64,000 bases of DNA from Octopus sinensis (GCF_006345805.1 NC_043001.1:96782001-96846000); one strand, 5' to 3'; shown: positions 14,808-28,151, counted from the first letter of the stretch. Numbers and translations: made by a program. Notes: generated from the sequence alone by a model not told the origin.

Positions 14808-14945
14808 GTAGAATCCACTCATAAGGCGTTGGTCGGCCTGAGGCTATAGTAGAAAACACTTGTCCCAAGTGCCGCACAATGACAATGAACCCAGAACCCT
14901 GTGGTTGCGAAGCGAGCTTCTTACCACTCAGCAACGCTGCGCCTA
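14808..14945 (-). mobile_element. SINE family 1, 5' half (tRNA-like head and CORE-like segment)
   Basis: Matches 60560-60693. Minus strand reads GGCGCAGCGTTGCTGAGTGGTAAG...GGGTTCATTG...CACTTGGGACAAGTGTTTTCTACTATAGCCTC. Confidence 0.75.
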
Positions 14946-15092
14946 TTATGCTAACAAATTTTGAATTGCCAGTTGTTATACATCTCCATTTTCTATCGTA
15001 TACATGAATATATACGGGTATGTTTGTGTGTGTGTGTCTGCGTGTGTGTGCGTGTATATATACACACACCTGCACGCACACAACCATATACA

Positions 15093-15133
<41 letters not shown>

Positions 15134-15385
15134 ATATGGATATATATACACTTTGGTCTTCTGCTATAGATTCGAGCTGACCAAAGACTTATTAGTGGAA
15201 TTAGAAGACGGAAACTCTATGAAGATGCCGCACACTCACATACTCACACAATTAAAGTGTATGTATGTATGTATGTGTGTGTGAGTTCGTGCGTGTTTGT
15301 ATGTCTGTATGAGGGTACTTGCATGTGCGTAACTATACTCCCCCTCCCACTCCGTATTTCTCATGTCTGCTGTTATCTTATAAAC

Positions 15386-15582
15386 TTTCAATACGTTGAT
15401 GTCTGCAAATATATTAACTACAGTAGCTATTCATTTAATATACAGATGTTAGCATTCGATTATGTTGGCTTTTTCTTCGACATTTACGTGTAGATCAGAG
15501 TAACAAATATAATGATATATTACTCGTTCAGTTACGAAGCTAAAATGAAATGAATGGAAGTATTTTCTTTATTTTGTACGTA
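15386..15582 (+). repeat. Donor arm of a 197-bp inverted duplication (partner 16803-16999)
   Basis: One mismatch over 197 bp against the reverse complement of 16803-16999. Confidence 0.9.
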
Positions 15583-16199
15583 TTATAGGCGCCATTTTTA
15601 CTTGGTTTAGTGTTATTGAAAATTACAACAGAGAATAGTTGAGTTAAACTTTTTACTTATACTAATATAATTCTGTTGAAGAAAGTATTTTAATCAAAAC
15701 AGAGACAAGCATTTATATACAAAAACATATGCAGGTATATATGTTTACAAAAAATACAAACACGAACACACGCGTGTATGTATATATGTATAAATGCGTG
15801 AATGTATACAGGTATGTGTGTATGTATGTATGCATGAATGTATGTATGCTTGTATGTTTATCTGTATACACGTATGTATGTATGTATGTATATATGTATG
15901 CATGTATGTATGTGTATATGTATATATGTGTGTATGTATGAATGCATGTATGTATCTATGTATGAATGCATGTATGTATGCATGTGCGTATGTTTGCATG
16001 TATGTATGTATGTATGTGTATGTATGTATGCATGTATCTATGCATGTATGTTTGTATCTATGCATGTATGTATGAATCTATGCATGCATGTATGTATTTT
16101 GTGTGTGTATGTATGTATGTAATCAAATCAAATAAAAAAACATTATAACAAACATTAATGTATGTATATATATATATCTTCTATTTTTTAATTATTATA

Positions 16200-17492
16200 A
16201 ATCTTCCACTGAGGAGGGAGCTGGTTTCAACAAAGATACAAGACTCCATATTTGGGATGTAGATAACACTCATAAGTTCAAGTTTGGAGCCTCATAAAAA
16301 GTCTTGCATATTTTTACTACTCCACTCACAGATTGTAATGTTGAAGTCGGTCAATTTCTCTTTCTGAAAATCCCAGTTCATCAAGATTATCCTTTAACCA
16401 TTTACTAATAAACTTAGTGCTCCAATTATTATTGGTATAAATATGAATTCATAGTGCGGATATAGAAGGTGGAGGTTTTGAAGCAGCTGTCCATAGATAC
16501 CCCCCTTTTCTTTGACTTTCAAAAAGATATTTATATCCACAGGGAGCTAACCTCTCTGATGCTACATATCTTTCCCCCCTGTCCCAAACAACAATATCCG
16601 GTCTGTTACGCTTACATTTGCCAGAAGTTTTGATGGGAATATGCCACTAGAATTTCTTAAGCTGGTGTTTATGAATGTATTCCATAACAGAGGGATTATC
16701 TAAGTTTATTTCAGGAGAGTCTTTTTGTGGATCGCATTGTAAATTTTTTTTTAGCAATATCATCGTGCCGCACAGGGAGGAAGTACCGTGACGACATTTT
16801 AGTACGTACAAAATAAAGAAAATACTTCCATTCATTTCATTTTAGCTTCGTAACTGAACGAGTAATATATCATTACATTTGTTACTCTGATCTACACGTA
16901 AATGTCGAAGAAAAAGCCAACATAATCGAATGCTAACATCTGTATATTAAATGAATAGCTACTGTAGTTAATATATTTGCAGACATCAACGTATTGAAAA
17001 TTGTTAATCACTTGCGTGATGTCTTCAACAGAAACATGACAGAGTCAACACATGCTTTTGAACCTTGGGATTACAGGTGCGTCACTGTTTCTCTTGTTCA
17101 CCAGGTACTTTGTGGCAATACCTTGTTCCTGGATTGAAAACGCATAACCTTTAAAGTGTGATGTAATGTAGTGATCTTGTGTTCAAGAAGGGCTACACTT
17201 AATGTCAATTCTACTGTTTTCTTCAAGCTTAAGGGCTTTTTTGTATGCATGGTCTTTTTTTGTATGCTGAGTGCTTCCCATCCAGGTCTTCTCTGAGGGT
17301 AGAGAGCCCAGCTGTTTTGGGGTTGCATAGTAGATCATCAGGAAGAGAATATTTCTCGAGGAGTGCACTGCCAACTCGTACAATGTTGCTCACTTCATTT
17401 TTCAGGACTGCATTAATATATTTATTTTTGCTGCTGTTGTTTAGCAGGTGCTGCCAGAGTGATACCATACGGCCTTCTAACGCCGTCTGCAC
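16200..17492 (-). pseudogene. R4/Dong-like non-LTR retrotransposon 3' portion (post-RT region, CCHC knuckle, RLE), interrupted at 16803-16999
   Basis: Minus-strand translation FKGYAFSIQEQGIATKY...C*LCHVSVEDITQVINN / KMSSRYFLPVRHDDIAK ... KRNRPDIVVWD ... LHLLYPHYEFIFIPIIIGAL, with stops and frameshifts. Confidence 0.8.
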
Positions 17493-17784
17493 TATGTATG
17501 TATGTATGTATGTATGTATGTATGTATGTATGTATGTATGTATGTATGTATGTATGTATGTATGTATGTATGCGTATGTATGTATATATGCATGCATGTA
17601 TGTGTGTATATATGTATGTATGTATGTATGCATGCATGTATCTATGTATACATGTGTGTTTGTATGCATGTATGTGGGTATGTATGTATGCGTGTATGTA
17701 TGTATGCATGTATGTATGTATGTATGTATGTATGTATGTATGTATGTATGTATGTATGTATGTACGTATATGTGAGTACACATA

Positions 17785-18780
17785 CAGGAGGTTTATACAG
17801 AAAGTAATGCAAAATTTGGCACCGCAGTTTTGTTAAATGACACAGCCTCCTCTATATAAACGTGCTGCTCAACATAATGTCCATCATAAGGGATGCCTTT
17901 GAATCCAACTCAGAGATAGTCTTTGAAAAATTGACATCTATACTCTTCTTACAACTTCTTCACATGCACTTTTACCTCGTTCCTACCATCAAATCTTTGT
18001 CCCCGTTGCAGAATCACTGACCAGTAGAACTTACCACTTGCTTGATTTGTTATCAGTGATGTATGGTCAGGCGTTGTTATGATAAACGCTGATCATTTTC
18101 AGATTCTTATTTGACTCTTCTGTCTAATGGCTTCTCTACGCCTTTCAGATCTCAACTTACTACTTGCCGTTGAAACTATAGACGCTTATCAGAAAAAAAT
18201 CAAAGTGATTGCGGTCCTTATCATCTCTAAATCAGACACATTAATTTTCTGTGCCGAATGTATCTCTCTCAAACTTCTTAAACCTTGGGGAAGAGATATT
18301 ACGTTATTCCATGGACGGAATTTTCGTCTCTGGATGAATAATATGCAACTACGTTTTGTCTTCTGTCATCTGAACAGAAGTCATTGTGTGCTTATAGGTT
18401 TGAAAAGCTTACATTGATTAAAGCAGACATTCAGCCTTCTGTACTTTAAAGTGAAGGCCAGGAATCGAGGTGCGTTGCATGCATCCTCCGACTGTCAAAG
18501 GCTTCCTCTACCTTCAGTAATACATTGTGAAATCAGTTCAGTTGTACTGAAAGCTCTCGGACTGTCACTTTTCTGCACTTGCCATTCAAATTATCAAATT
18601 GCTAGATAATGGTGTTTATGGTTGCCGTTGATGTTTTGTTAATCGCTTTTTTTATCACGTTCTCATTTGCCTCATTTTCCTCTCTGCGCACCTCAATACG
18701 TTGCTGCAGCCGTCTATCTCTTCTTGGAATCAAGAAGGTTTCTTTTGTGGAATCTGCTGGATCCCTTCTTCACACGCATA
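17785..18780 (-). mobile_element. Highly decayed mariner (DD34D) transposon
   Basis: Minus-strand TEDKT*LHIIHPETKIPSME*RNISSPRFKKF (TGDETW...PETK..SMEW motif) and YHNNA*PYIT (HDNARPH). TIR-like TACAGGAGGTTTATACAGAAAGTAATGC near 17783. Confidence 0.6.
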
Positions 18781-19349
18781 GGCAGGATAGCTGCAATTTA
18801 CTAATTAAACCATAGCTGAGAGGCTGACAGGTGCTACTACTCCGGGTCAGAGTAGACCTAGAAAAAACAGAAGCTATGAAACGATCCCACTCTCAACAAA
18901 AATCTGAAAATTCAAAACCAGGCCTGAACTACGAAATACTTAATAACGTACCCTTGATGCATGAATCCAACTAAATGTCTGGAATAAATTAAATATGCAT
19001 AACCAGTCTTCTTGACTTTCTGAAACATTTATTACTAGTATGTTTATAATCAGTATTACCACGGAGAGGGTATGAGAATGGTTTGCCATTGAAGAAATCC
19101 CAACTTCAGACTGAATAAATCCCGGCTGATTGCTCTTGTTCTGCTAAAAAGAAGCATGTATACAGATGGTGTTTACTCTGTGTACTACATAGAGTGTTGA
19201 AATCTTTACATATATTCTGTAATAGAGTACAGCATTCAAACAATCCACTGTAGTCACACGGGTAAATTATTGTCAGTACACACATACCACGCACACGTAT
19301 ATAGGTACGCGAGCGCACAGATACACACACACACACACACACACACACC

Positions 19350-19560
19350 ACACACATACATTCATTTCTGCACATAGACAAACATATATATGTGTATATA
19401 CATATATACATAAATCCACACGCACACCCACACACGCACACACACACACACACACACACATACATTCATTTCTGCACATAGACAAACATATATATGTGTA
19501 TATACATATATACATAAATCCACACGCACACCCACACACGCACACACACACACACAGACA
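19350..19560. repeat. Tandem duplication, 104-bp period, inside a (CA)n region
   Basis: CATTCATTTCTGCACATAGACAAAC at 19359 and 19463. Confidence 0.85.
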
Positions 19561-20767
19561 CAGACACACACACATCTATATTTTATATGCAAATACAGAG
19601 TGTACATGAATATAATGTTAAAAAAAAAGGATTACAAAAAATGATACAGAGAGGAAGGAAATAGAAAGAGGAACGAAATGTGTGTTTGGAGGAAAATAAA
19701 GCTGTAGGAAAAGGAAGTCGTGGAAGTACGCGTGTTGAGAAACGATGAGAAAAACACGTACAGATATATAAAAATGTGTGCGTGTATTTTGTGTGTATAT
19801 GTTCCTATATGTACGTGTTGTGTGTACACATAGATGTCTGTGCATATACGCGTGTATAGATGAAGGATTAGAAATGCTAGCATACCTCTAAATGAAGAAT
19901 ATACAACGATGCGTAGTTATATGTTACTATAATGGTGAAACGTTGGTGAAGAATATTTTCGACAGTTTTGAGCGAATCCGATTCTAATATCCTGATTTCC
20001 AATGAATTATGCAATACTCTATTATGAAAACGCTGTCTGAAATCTTCATTTCAAGTTTTGACGTCGAATATTTTTAGTGAATGAATATAACATGAAGTGC
20101 TAGACAGAGTTCTATACAGTCTCCTTTTTAATTTTTTTCTTAAAGTAGTTCCACCGTTTGGTTTTATTGTAGCATGTTATTTTACATAAATATATTATTT
20201 TAGAAAGTCCCAAGAATCTGAATCACTAAATTGTTAACTTATTGCCCGCAGAGATTTTTTTTTTTCACTTTTTATTGTCTAAGGCTTAGACGCGCGAGTG
20301 TTAACTGCTATAAAGCCGAAAATACATTCATAAAGAAGGCAGAATTTTCAGCTTTTCTAAAAGATAAGAAACATGTTCATAATTCGTTGTTAGTTAATAT
20401 GATTGATATTGGACGTCTTTGCTCTTGGAATCCGTAGAATGTCTTGGCTCGAAACTTCGTACCTAGATTGTTTCTAAATGACTAGAGAGCAGCAAAACAG
20501 GCCAGCATATATATCTATTTATCCATTTTCTAGAGCATATATTATGTTGTATGAGAAATAGTATAACGAAGACATTTAATAGAAAATAATGTCAACAGTT
20601 GACACTGCATGTTTTGATCAACCGTTATTTATATAAGAACTGGCTTTAGATAAATATTTATGTTGTTGACTGACAGTTAATGAAATTGCTCTAGTAGAGA
20701 TATGTGTGTCTATTTGCATGTGTGTGTGTGTGCGTGTGTGTGTGTGAGTCTCTATATATGTGAATGA

Positions 20768-21090
20768 AGGCGTGTGACCTACTGGTTAGGGTTTCGGGTT
20801 TGCAGTCGTAAGGATGTGAATTCGATTCCCAGCGCTGCGTTGTGTCCTTGATCAAGAAATTATACTTCATGGTGATCCAGTTCACAAAGCTGGCAAAAAT
20901 TAGTAGTATATGTATTTGAAAGGGCCAGCCTTGTCACGTCCTGAGTCATGCTGAACCTCCCTAAGAACTATATTAAGGATTCAAGTGTCTAGGGAATGCT
21001 CAGCCAACTGTCCTTTAATTTCACGAGCAGACTATCACGTTGGTCGGGTCAACTGGAACTCTCGTCGTCTTAACCGACTAAGAGCTAGTG
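20768..21090 (+). mobile_element. tRNA-derived SINE, family 4 (CORE-like segment)
   Basis: A-box-like TGACCTACTGG, B-box-like GAATTCGATTCC, then TTGTGTCCTTGATCAAG. Confidence 0.6.
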
Positions 21091-21303
21091 CTTTATATAT
21101 AGATATATATCTTAGAACATAATCAATGTACTTAGAGGTGAATGCGACTATTATAGCTTCCTCGGAGCCATTTAATCGACGCTCAGTCCATTGAATCTAA
21201 TAGCAGTAACAGCTGTAGGTTAATGAATGTAATTACGAAACTCCTGTTGTATTGTCATTCATTAACATATGTATATGCATACATACATACATACATACAT
21301 ACA

Positions 21304-21351
<48 letters not shown>

Positions 21352-21354
21352 CAT

Positions 21355-21386
<32 letters not shown>

Positions 21387-21441
21387 GCATATATATATAT
21401 GCATATATATGTATGCATATATATATATGCATATATATGTA

Positions 21442-21477
<36 letters not shown>

Positions 21478-21538
21478 TATATATATATACACATGTGTGT
21501 ATGTAACTATCTCTATGTATAAGTATACATATATATAA

Positions 21539-21592
<54 letters not shown>

Positions 21593-21611
21593 CTACCTAT
21601 CTATCTATCTT

Positions 21612-21646
<35 letters not shown>

Positions 21647-21655
21647 GTCTGGCTC

Positions 21656-21732
<77 letters not shown>

Positions 21733-21748
21733 TTATGCGTGTGTGTGT

Positions 21749-21782
<34 letters not shown>

Positions 21783-22296
21783 TGTATGTATGTATGTATG
21801 TATGTTTGTATGTATGTATGTATGTATGTATGTATGTATGTATGTATGTATGTATGTATGTATGTATAAACGACGATTAATCTTTTCTGATTACTCTGAC
21901 CAATCTGTTTTTTTTCTTATTATGTAACTAGATTCGCTTAGAAGGAAAAAAACAAGCAACATTACGCAAAATGAGGTTGCAGATTAGGTGGCGCTGTTTG
22001 TCTTTATTTTGTAAATTTTTTTTAACGAAATCCAATCATAGAATTAAAACAGCCTTAATTAGGCTGTCAACATGGACAAACTAAAGACATGGTAATTTAG
22101 CTAATGGAGTTCGTCCGAACGCACTGTGTCATTAGCACACACTAATAAGGAATAACTACTGATAGGTAGAGATGCAAATACAAATTCACACATACGCACA
22201 GGCAAACATACACATACACACATGTATATATGTATGTGTGTGTGTGTGTGTGCATATATGAATATATGCATATATGTATCTTATATATATATATAT

Positions 22297-23412
22297 TATA
22301 TAAAAGGGCTTAGTAAAATAAATTACTTTGCCGCATACTGAACTCATTAGGAATAGCAGCTAAAAAACTTTTTTAAAGCTATTTCTAATACTTAAAGAAA
22401 ATCTCTCTCATATATAGTGTTTGCTTAATTCAACTCACAAAAGTTTGGGGGTAAGGACATCGAAAAATCAAATGCTAAGGTTATTCGAGAACGTACGTTT
22501 CAAGATTAGTCAAAACAACATTTCTATCATCGGCTCAGAAATTCCTTGGTTTGGATTTGGAAACACTGAAAATAAGAACATACCCTTTCGAAGATCTGCT
22601 CCCAACTAACAGTTGCAACAAATTCAAATAAGCAAGCGAAGAATCTCTGTTCCCCTTTCCACCAGCGGGTTAATAAAATCATCAAACACTATGTATTTCG
22701 GTAAAATCCGAAGCATTAATCAGAGGGAGATTAATTATAATTTCAACAATTGAGGGCAAAATTAATTAATTATTAATCAATTTCACCAAGTGTCAGTATG
22801 CAAAGGGACCATTCAGGCGAATTCAAATATTACATTATAAAAAGGGCTTAGTAAAATAAATACTTTGCCGCATACTGAACTCATTAGGAATAGCAGCTAA
22901 AAAACTTTTTTTTTAAAGCTATTCTAATACTTAAAGAAAATTCTCTCTAATATATAGTGTTTGCTTAATTCAACTCACAAAAGTTTGGGGGTAAGGACAT
23001 CGAAAAATCAAATGCTAAGGTTATTCGAGAACGTACGTTTCAAGATTAGTCAAAACAACATTCTATCATCGGCTCAGAAATCCTGGTTTGGATTTGGAAA
23101 CACTGAAAAAAGAACATTACCCTTTCGAAGATCTGCTCCCAACTAACAGTGCCAACAAAATCAAAATAAGCAAGCGAAGAATCTCTGTTCTCCCTTTCCA
23201 CCACAGCGTGGGTTAAAATCATCAAACACTATGCTTATTTCGGTAAAATCCGAAGCATTAATCAGAGGAGATTAATTATTTATAATTTCAACAATTGAGG
23301 GCAAAATTAATTAATTATTAATCAATTTCACCAAGTGTTCAGTATGCAAAGGGACCATTCAAGGCGAATTCAAATTATTACATTATATAAAAGGGCTTAG
23401 TAAAATAAATTA
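22297..23412 (-). mobile_element. ~540-bp tandem unit (2 copies plus ~25-bp terminal extension), each with a hammerhead-like motif; retrozyme-like or Penelope pseudo-LTR array
   Basis: AAAAGGGCTTAGTAAAATAAA recurs with GGG at 22306, 22844 and 23393. The array is flanked by (TA)n. Confidence 0.75.
22484..22541 (-). ncRNA. Minimal hammerhead ribozyme-like motif (second copy 23024-23080)
   Basis: Minus strand: TTC(T)GAG-CCGATGA-TAGA..loop..TCTT-GAA-ACGTACGT-T-CTCGAA. Palindromic stem III, U4C core change. Confidence 0.55.
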
Positions 23413-23700
23413 ACTCATATATATATATAATTAATCAATATAGGGTGGCAAAAAATTTTGTAGAATTTTTTTTGCCACCAGCGGCCTAGTGGGAAAAAAT
23501 TAAATAGTCATAGACCATTTTTAAGTTCAACATCACAATCAAGGAACGTTCCTTGATTATGGCCGTTCCTTGATTGTGATATATATATATATATATATAT
23601 ATAACAAATGAGAGACAGATGGAATAAGTAAGCTACCAGATGTAAACCATTCGTTTTATTACCCATCATATATATATACATATACAGATATCTAGCTATC

Positions 23701-23786
<86 letters not shown>

Positions 23787-23929
23787 ATATATTATATATA
23801 TATAATAATATATATATATATATACATACATACATATATCTACATATGTATGTTTGTATGCATATATGTATATATATGTGTGTGTGTGGTGTGTGTGTAT
23901 GTCTATATATACATATACACACACACATG

Positions 23930-23986
<57 letters not shown>

Positions 23987-24204
23987 TCGATTGATATGGT
24001 GAGCGACTGATTAATGCATTTGTAACTTTTCTCTCCTGCTATTTTTCTTGATTGTTTTTGGAACCTATGCTTTTTGTGTGTTTATTTATATAACCTTATT
24101 TCAGTTTTCGAATTTTTCTTTATTTCTCTTTATTTTCTAATCTTCATCTCCCCCTTTGCTATACACCTTCCGTTTACACATTTCATTCATTGGTTCTATA
24201 TATT

Positions 24205-24408
24205 TCATTGTTCCTTACGTCTGCTGGTTTTAGATATGCGTGAGCTGACTTTCTTAGAGATACCTCTATATGTTTGATTCCAGTATTGCTTTGCGGTTTG
24301 TAAATTATTATTATTATTATTGTTATTGTTATTATTATTCAGGTCACTTCCTGGAATCGAACTCGGAGTCTTGCTGTTAGTCGCGCTCGCTCTTAACCAG
24401 TACGGCAT
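24205..24408 (-). mobile_element. tRNA-derived SINE family 3 with internal (AAT)n
   Basis: Minus strand GCCGTACTGGTTAAGAGCG (A-box-like) and GAGTTCGATTCC (B box). Confidence 0.7.
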
Positions 24409-24426
24409 ATACATGTTGTTAAGAAC

Positions 24427-24510
24427 GCGGGTTAACAGCGTAGTGGTTAAGGGCGCGGGCTACTCACCCCAAGATTCCGATTTCGATTTCAGGTAGTCAC
24501 CTGAAATATA
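24427..24510 (+). mobile_element. SINE family 3 head, head-to-head with the previous copy
   Basis: GCGTAGTGGTTAAGGGCGCGGGCTAC...GATTTCGATTTCAGGTAGTCACCTGAA. Confidence 0.7.
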
Positions 24511-24513
24511 ATA

Positions 24514-24653
24514 TTAGGTTGTCCCAAAAGTTCGTAAACACTTGCGAAAATTTAATTTTTACTCGCCAAGTACCAACAAAAACAACAAAAATTATTCCTC
24601 AAAATAAAGACCATTATTTTCCAAGACTTTCTACAAACTTTTGGGACAACCTT

Positions 24654-24654
<1 letters not shown>
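24514..24654. mobile_element. Mariner-type MITE (141 bp) with TA target duplication
   Basis: TIRs TTAGGTTGTCCCAAAAGTT / AACTTTTGGGACAACCTTA (1 mismatch). TA at 24512-13 and 24655-56. Confidence 0.85.
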
Positions 24655-24728
<74 letters not shown>

Positions 24729-24729
<1 letters not shown>

Positions 24730-25165
24730 TACGCACAGATAGAGAAATTAAGGCCAATATGTCAGATAGAGTTGTCAGAGATCATGAAGAAAAAAATGCT
24801 TTCTAATTGATGTATCAATACCAGCAGATGGCAACGTTTCAACGAAATGGAGAAACTTTCAAAATACGAAGACCTGGAAATAGAGATAACTCGAATGTGG
24901 AATCTAAAAACACAATCAATTCCTATTATAGTGGGCGCATTAGGTATGATAAAGTATTCAGACAAATACATAACAAAAACACCAGGGCTTACAAAAATAT
25001 ATAACATACAGAAAATTGCACTACTGGGCACTGCACACATCCTACGCAAAACACTTTCAGTACAGTAACCATAAGCGAATCACAGCAAACCACAGCACAT
25101 ACCCAAGGCTAACACAGCTGCGCTCGGTAGTGAAATGAAAGCACGCTATAAAAATAAAACTACTG
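24729..25165 (+). pseudogene. R4/Dong-clade LINE, 5'-truncated (RLE C-terminus plus 3'UTR), inserted in (TAA)n
   Basis: IRTDREIKAN.SD.VVRD...LIDVSIP...EKLSKYEDLEIEITRMWNLKTQSIPIIVGALG...IQKIALLGTAHILRKTL*. (AAT)n on both sides. Confidence 0.85.
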
Positions 25166-25184
25166 AATGATGATGATGATAATG

Positions 25185-25253
<69 letters not shown>

Positions 25254-25279
25254 TAATAATAATAATAATACTATCTATT

Positions 25280-25329
25280 GTATATTTTACCCCAGTGTCA
25301 CTTTATTAGCATGCACTGCTCTCTCACTC
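25280..25329 (+). mobile_element. Family C 3' end fragment in (TAA)n
   Basis: TATATTTTACCCCAGTGTCACTTT...GCATGCACTGCTCTCTCACTC matches 45695-45743. Confidence 0.7.
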
Positions 25330-25353
25330 AATAATAATAATAATAATAATAAC

Positions 25354-25429
<76 letters not shown>

Positions 25430-25724
25430 TTAATAATGATGATGATGATGATGAGGAGGAGGAGGATACTGATGGTGATGATGATGATATATATGCTTTT
25501 TGTCTTTCTTGCAACGAGTACTCTCGATTAGGTTTTTGCTTAGCTTTGAATTTGTTACTGAAATATGCGATGAGAATTTTTTTGTCTACATTATTTATTT
25601 TCGTTAATATTTTATATGTGTTCCTATATAAGTGAAAAAGTATTTCTCGGTGCTCGATAATATTTTCAGTCGGTGTACCAAAAAAAGCAATTTATTCCTC
25701 CCGATAATGCTTTCTTTTCATTCG

Positions 25725-25765
<41 letters not shown>

Positions 25766-26348
25766 GTCAGAGTCCGATATTGATTTTCTGGTTACGTCTA
25801 GCATCCCCTGTCTAATTCCGTCTAATTCCGTATTCTTTTTTACTGGCTGCCAATCAAACTATCATAGGCTGTTATAATTTAAAATCGACAAAACTGTAGT
25901 ACCTTATTAAGGCAGACAGCAAATATACTGTGTCTTAGCCAGCTTCCTGTTATATAAGCTTTCTCTTAATTTCCCTGTTCTTATTCATCTTCCCTTTATA
26001 TATCTTTCCTTAAGTATTCAGGAATGTTTTTTTTATTCTCCTCTATATTTATCTGTAGTAAGAATATTTCTGCGCATGGTGTCGTTAAAATGCTGATGGT
26101 GCGCTCTTAACCACCAATGTATAAAAAAATGATACTTTCTAATATTTATTCAGACCTTCGACAATAAACAATGATGGACTCACGACTCTAATATATATCA
26201 TTAATATATATCTGTCTACACATAATTACACATATGTGCGTGTGTGTTGTTATATGTGTGTGTCTATGTGATGTGGTGTTTGTATGCGTGTATACATGTA
26301 CGTATACATGCATATATATTATATACATATATATATAACATAAATATA

Positions 26349-26379
<31 letters not shown>

Positions 26380-26546
26380 TTATGTACGTACACACATATA
26401 TATTCCTATATATATATATATATATATATACTTACATGCATAATCCACTCATATAATCACACGTGCACATACATATATATTTATACATGTATTTCATTAA
26501 TATAGATATATATGTGTGTGTATATATACATATATGCATATACATA

Positions 26547-26586
<40 letters not shown>

Positions 26587-26622
26587 TATTCATATATGAT
26601 TATACTACATACACATAACATA

Positions 26623-26667
<45 letters not shown>

Positions 26668-27565
26668 ATATGAATATGTGTGTCTTTGTATATACATGAA
26701 CATGAACTTTTTGTTATTGTTCACTCTTAATTTGATTATAGTCTTACCGGTTTTAATAATGTCCTCGTTTTGATTTGATTAGGGTATTAATGCATCTCAG
26801 ACTGGCATTCCTAGTACACAGTCTCATTTCACCGCTCGCCACATCGTACTGGGTATTGTAACGATACAAGCAACATATATATAAATACATATATGCACTT
26901 AAACTCTACCAGTAATAGCTGTGCGGTGAGATAATCTTTAATTTACAGTGATATGAATCTGTGCGATCAGAATAGATTGTTCGTTGAGTGTGTTATAATA
27001 GTGTTAGTATAAGAAATCCATTAACAGCCTGTTATTTTGCACTTGGTTTACCGTTGCAATACCCTTGCTGATAGGTCTTTCCAGCTGAAAACTTTATGTT
27101 TCATAATCTGTCAAGGAAAATTGCTGTCCGCTTAATGTAGAGCATCAAAGTTTCCGGAACACTACATTCCTTGAAATTACTATCAGCTATAGGACTGCGA
27201 AGTTAAGTATAGAAATGATATGGGCAGACAGCATCCAGTCGTTTCTTGCTCAATGACTACGACTACTGCTCGATGAGCAAGCAAAACCATTCTTGCTTTT
27301 GTTAGACTTCGATATGTACGTGCAATAGGAATTCAAAGAGATAGTTGTACATTTTCAAAGATTACTGGATGGGAATGTGGGATTAGACACGGGTAGCTTC
27401 GAACCCTATCATGCTACTCTCTCTCGACGCTCACTTATGGAATGAAGTGCCGATATATGCAGATAATACTTAATAAGTTGGTGAGTTGACTATATACATA
27501 CTTACACACACACACTCACACACACATACATACATACATACATATATATATATATACATATATAT

Positions 27566-27646
<81 letters not shown>

Positions 27647-27680
27647 TAAGAAAGTTTGTTTGGTAAAGCACGTGGGTGAA

Positions 27681-28151
27681 TATATAAGAAAATAGTAAAG
27701 AGTGAAAAAACGACAGAAGGCTTAAATGTTAAAAAATATATATTTGCGTCAAAATGTCTTGAGAATATTGGAAAAATTTTTTTCCCTCCTTAAAATGACA
27801 TAATTTTATAATTTTTAAAGAAATACCGGTTTCGCAGTTAGCTCTTCAAATTTCTTGTGACTTAATGTTTATTTTTAATAACGTAATCCTTGTATTTTTG
27901 CTACGGAGAGTTCTAAATATTTAGAACTCTCCGTAGCAAAAATACAAGGATTACGTTATTAAAAATAAACATTAAGTCACAAGAAATTTGAAGAGCTAAC
28001 TGCGAAACCGGTATTTCTTTAAAAATTATAAAATTATGTCATTTTAAGGAGGGAAAAATTTTTTCCAATATTCTCCAGACATTTTGACGCAAATATATAT
28101 ATTTTTTAACATTTAAGCCTTCTGTCGTTTTTTCACTCTTTACTATTTTCT

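Noticed and set aside
15386-16999. Interpretation as a 1.6-kb TIR transposon or an inversion
   Set aside because: No TSD, and the enclosed LINE piece is collinear and in frame-order with the LINE piece outside the right arm.
22421-23146. Duplicated 62/61-aa ORFs MLNSTHKSLG...
   Set aside because: They are a by-product of the 540-bp tandem unit, start at TTG, are frameshifted relative to each other and lie antisense to the hammerhead-like motif.
24340-24510. tRNA-like sequences (also 9750-9803, 20768-20835, 60620-60693)
   Set aside because: A/B boxes are present, but there is no complete cloverleaf, and they continue into repeat bodies, so they are SINE heads.
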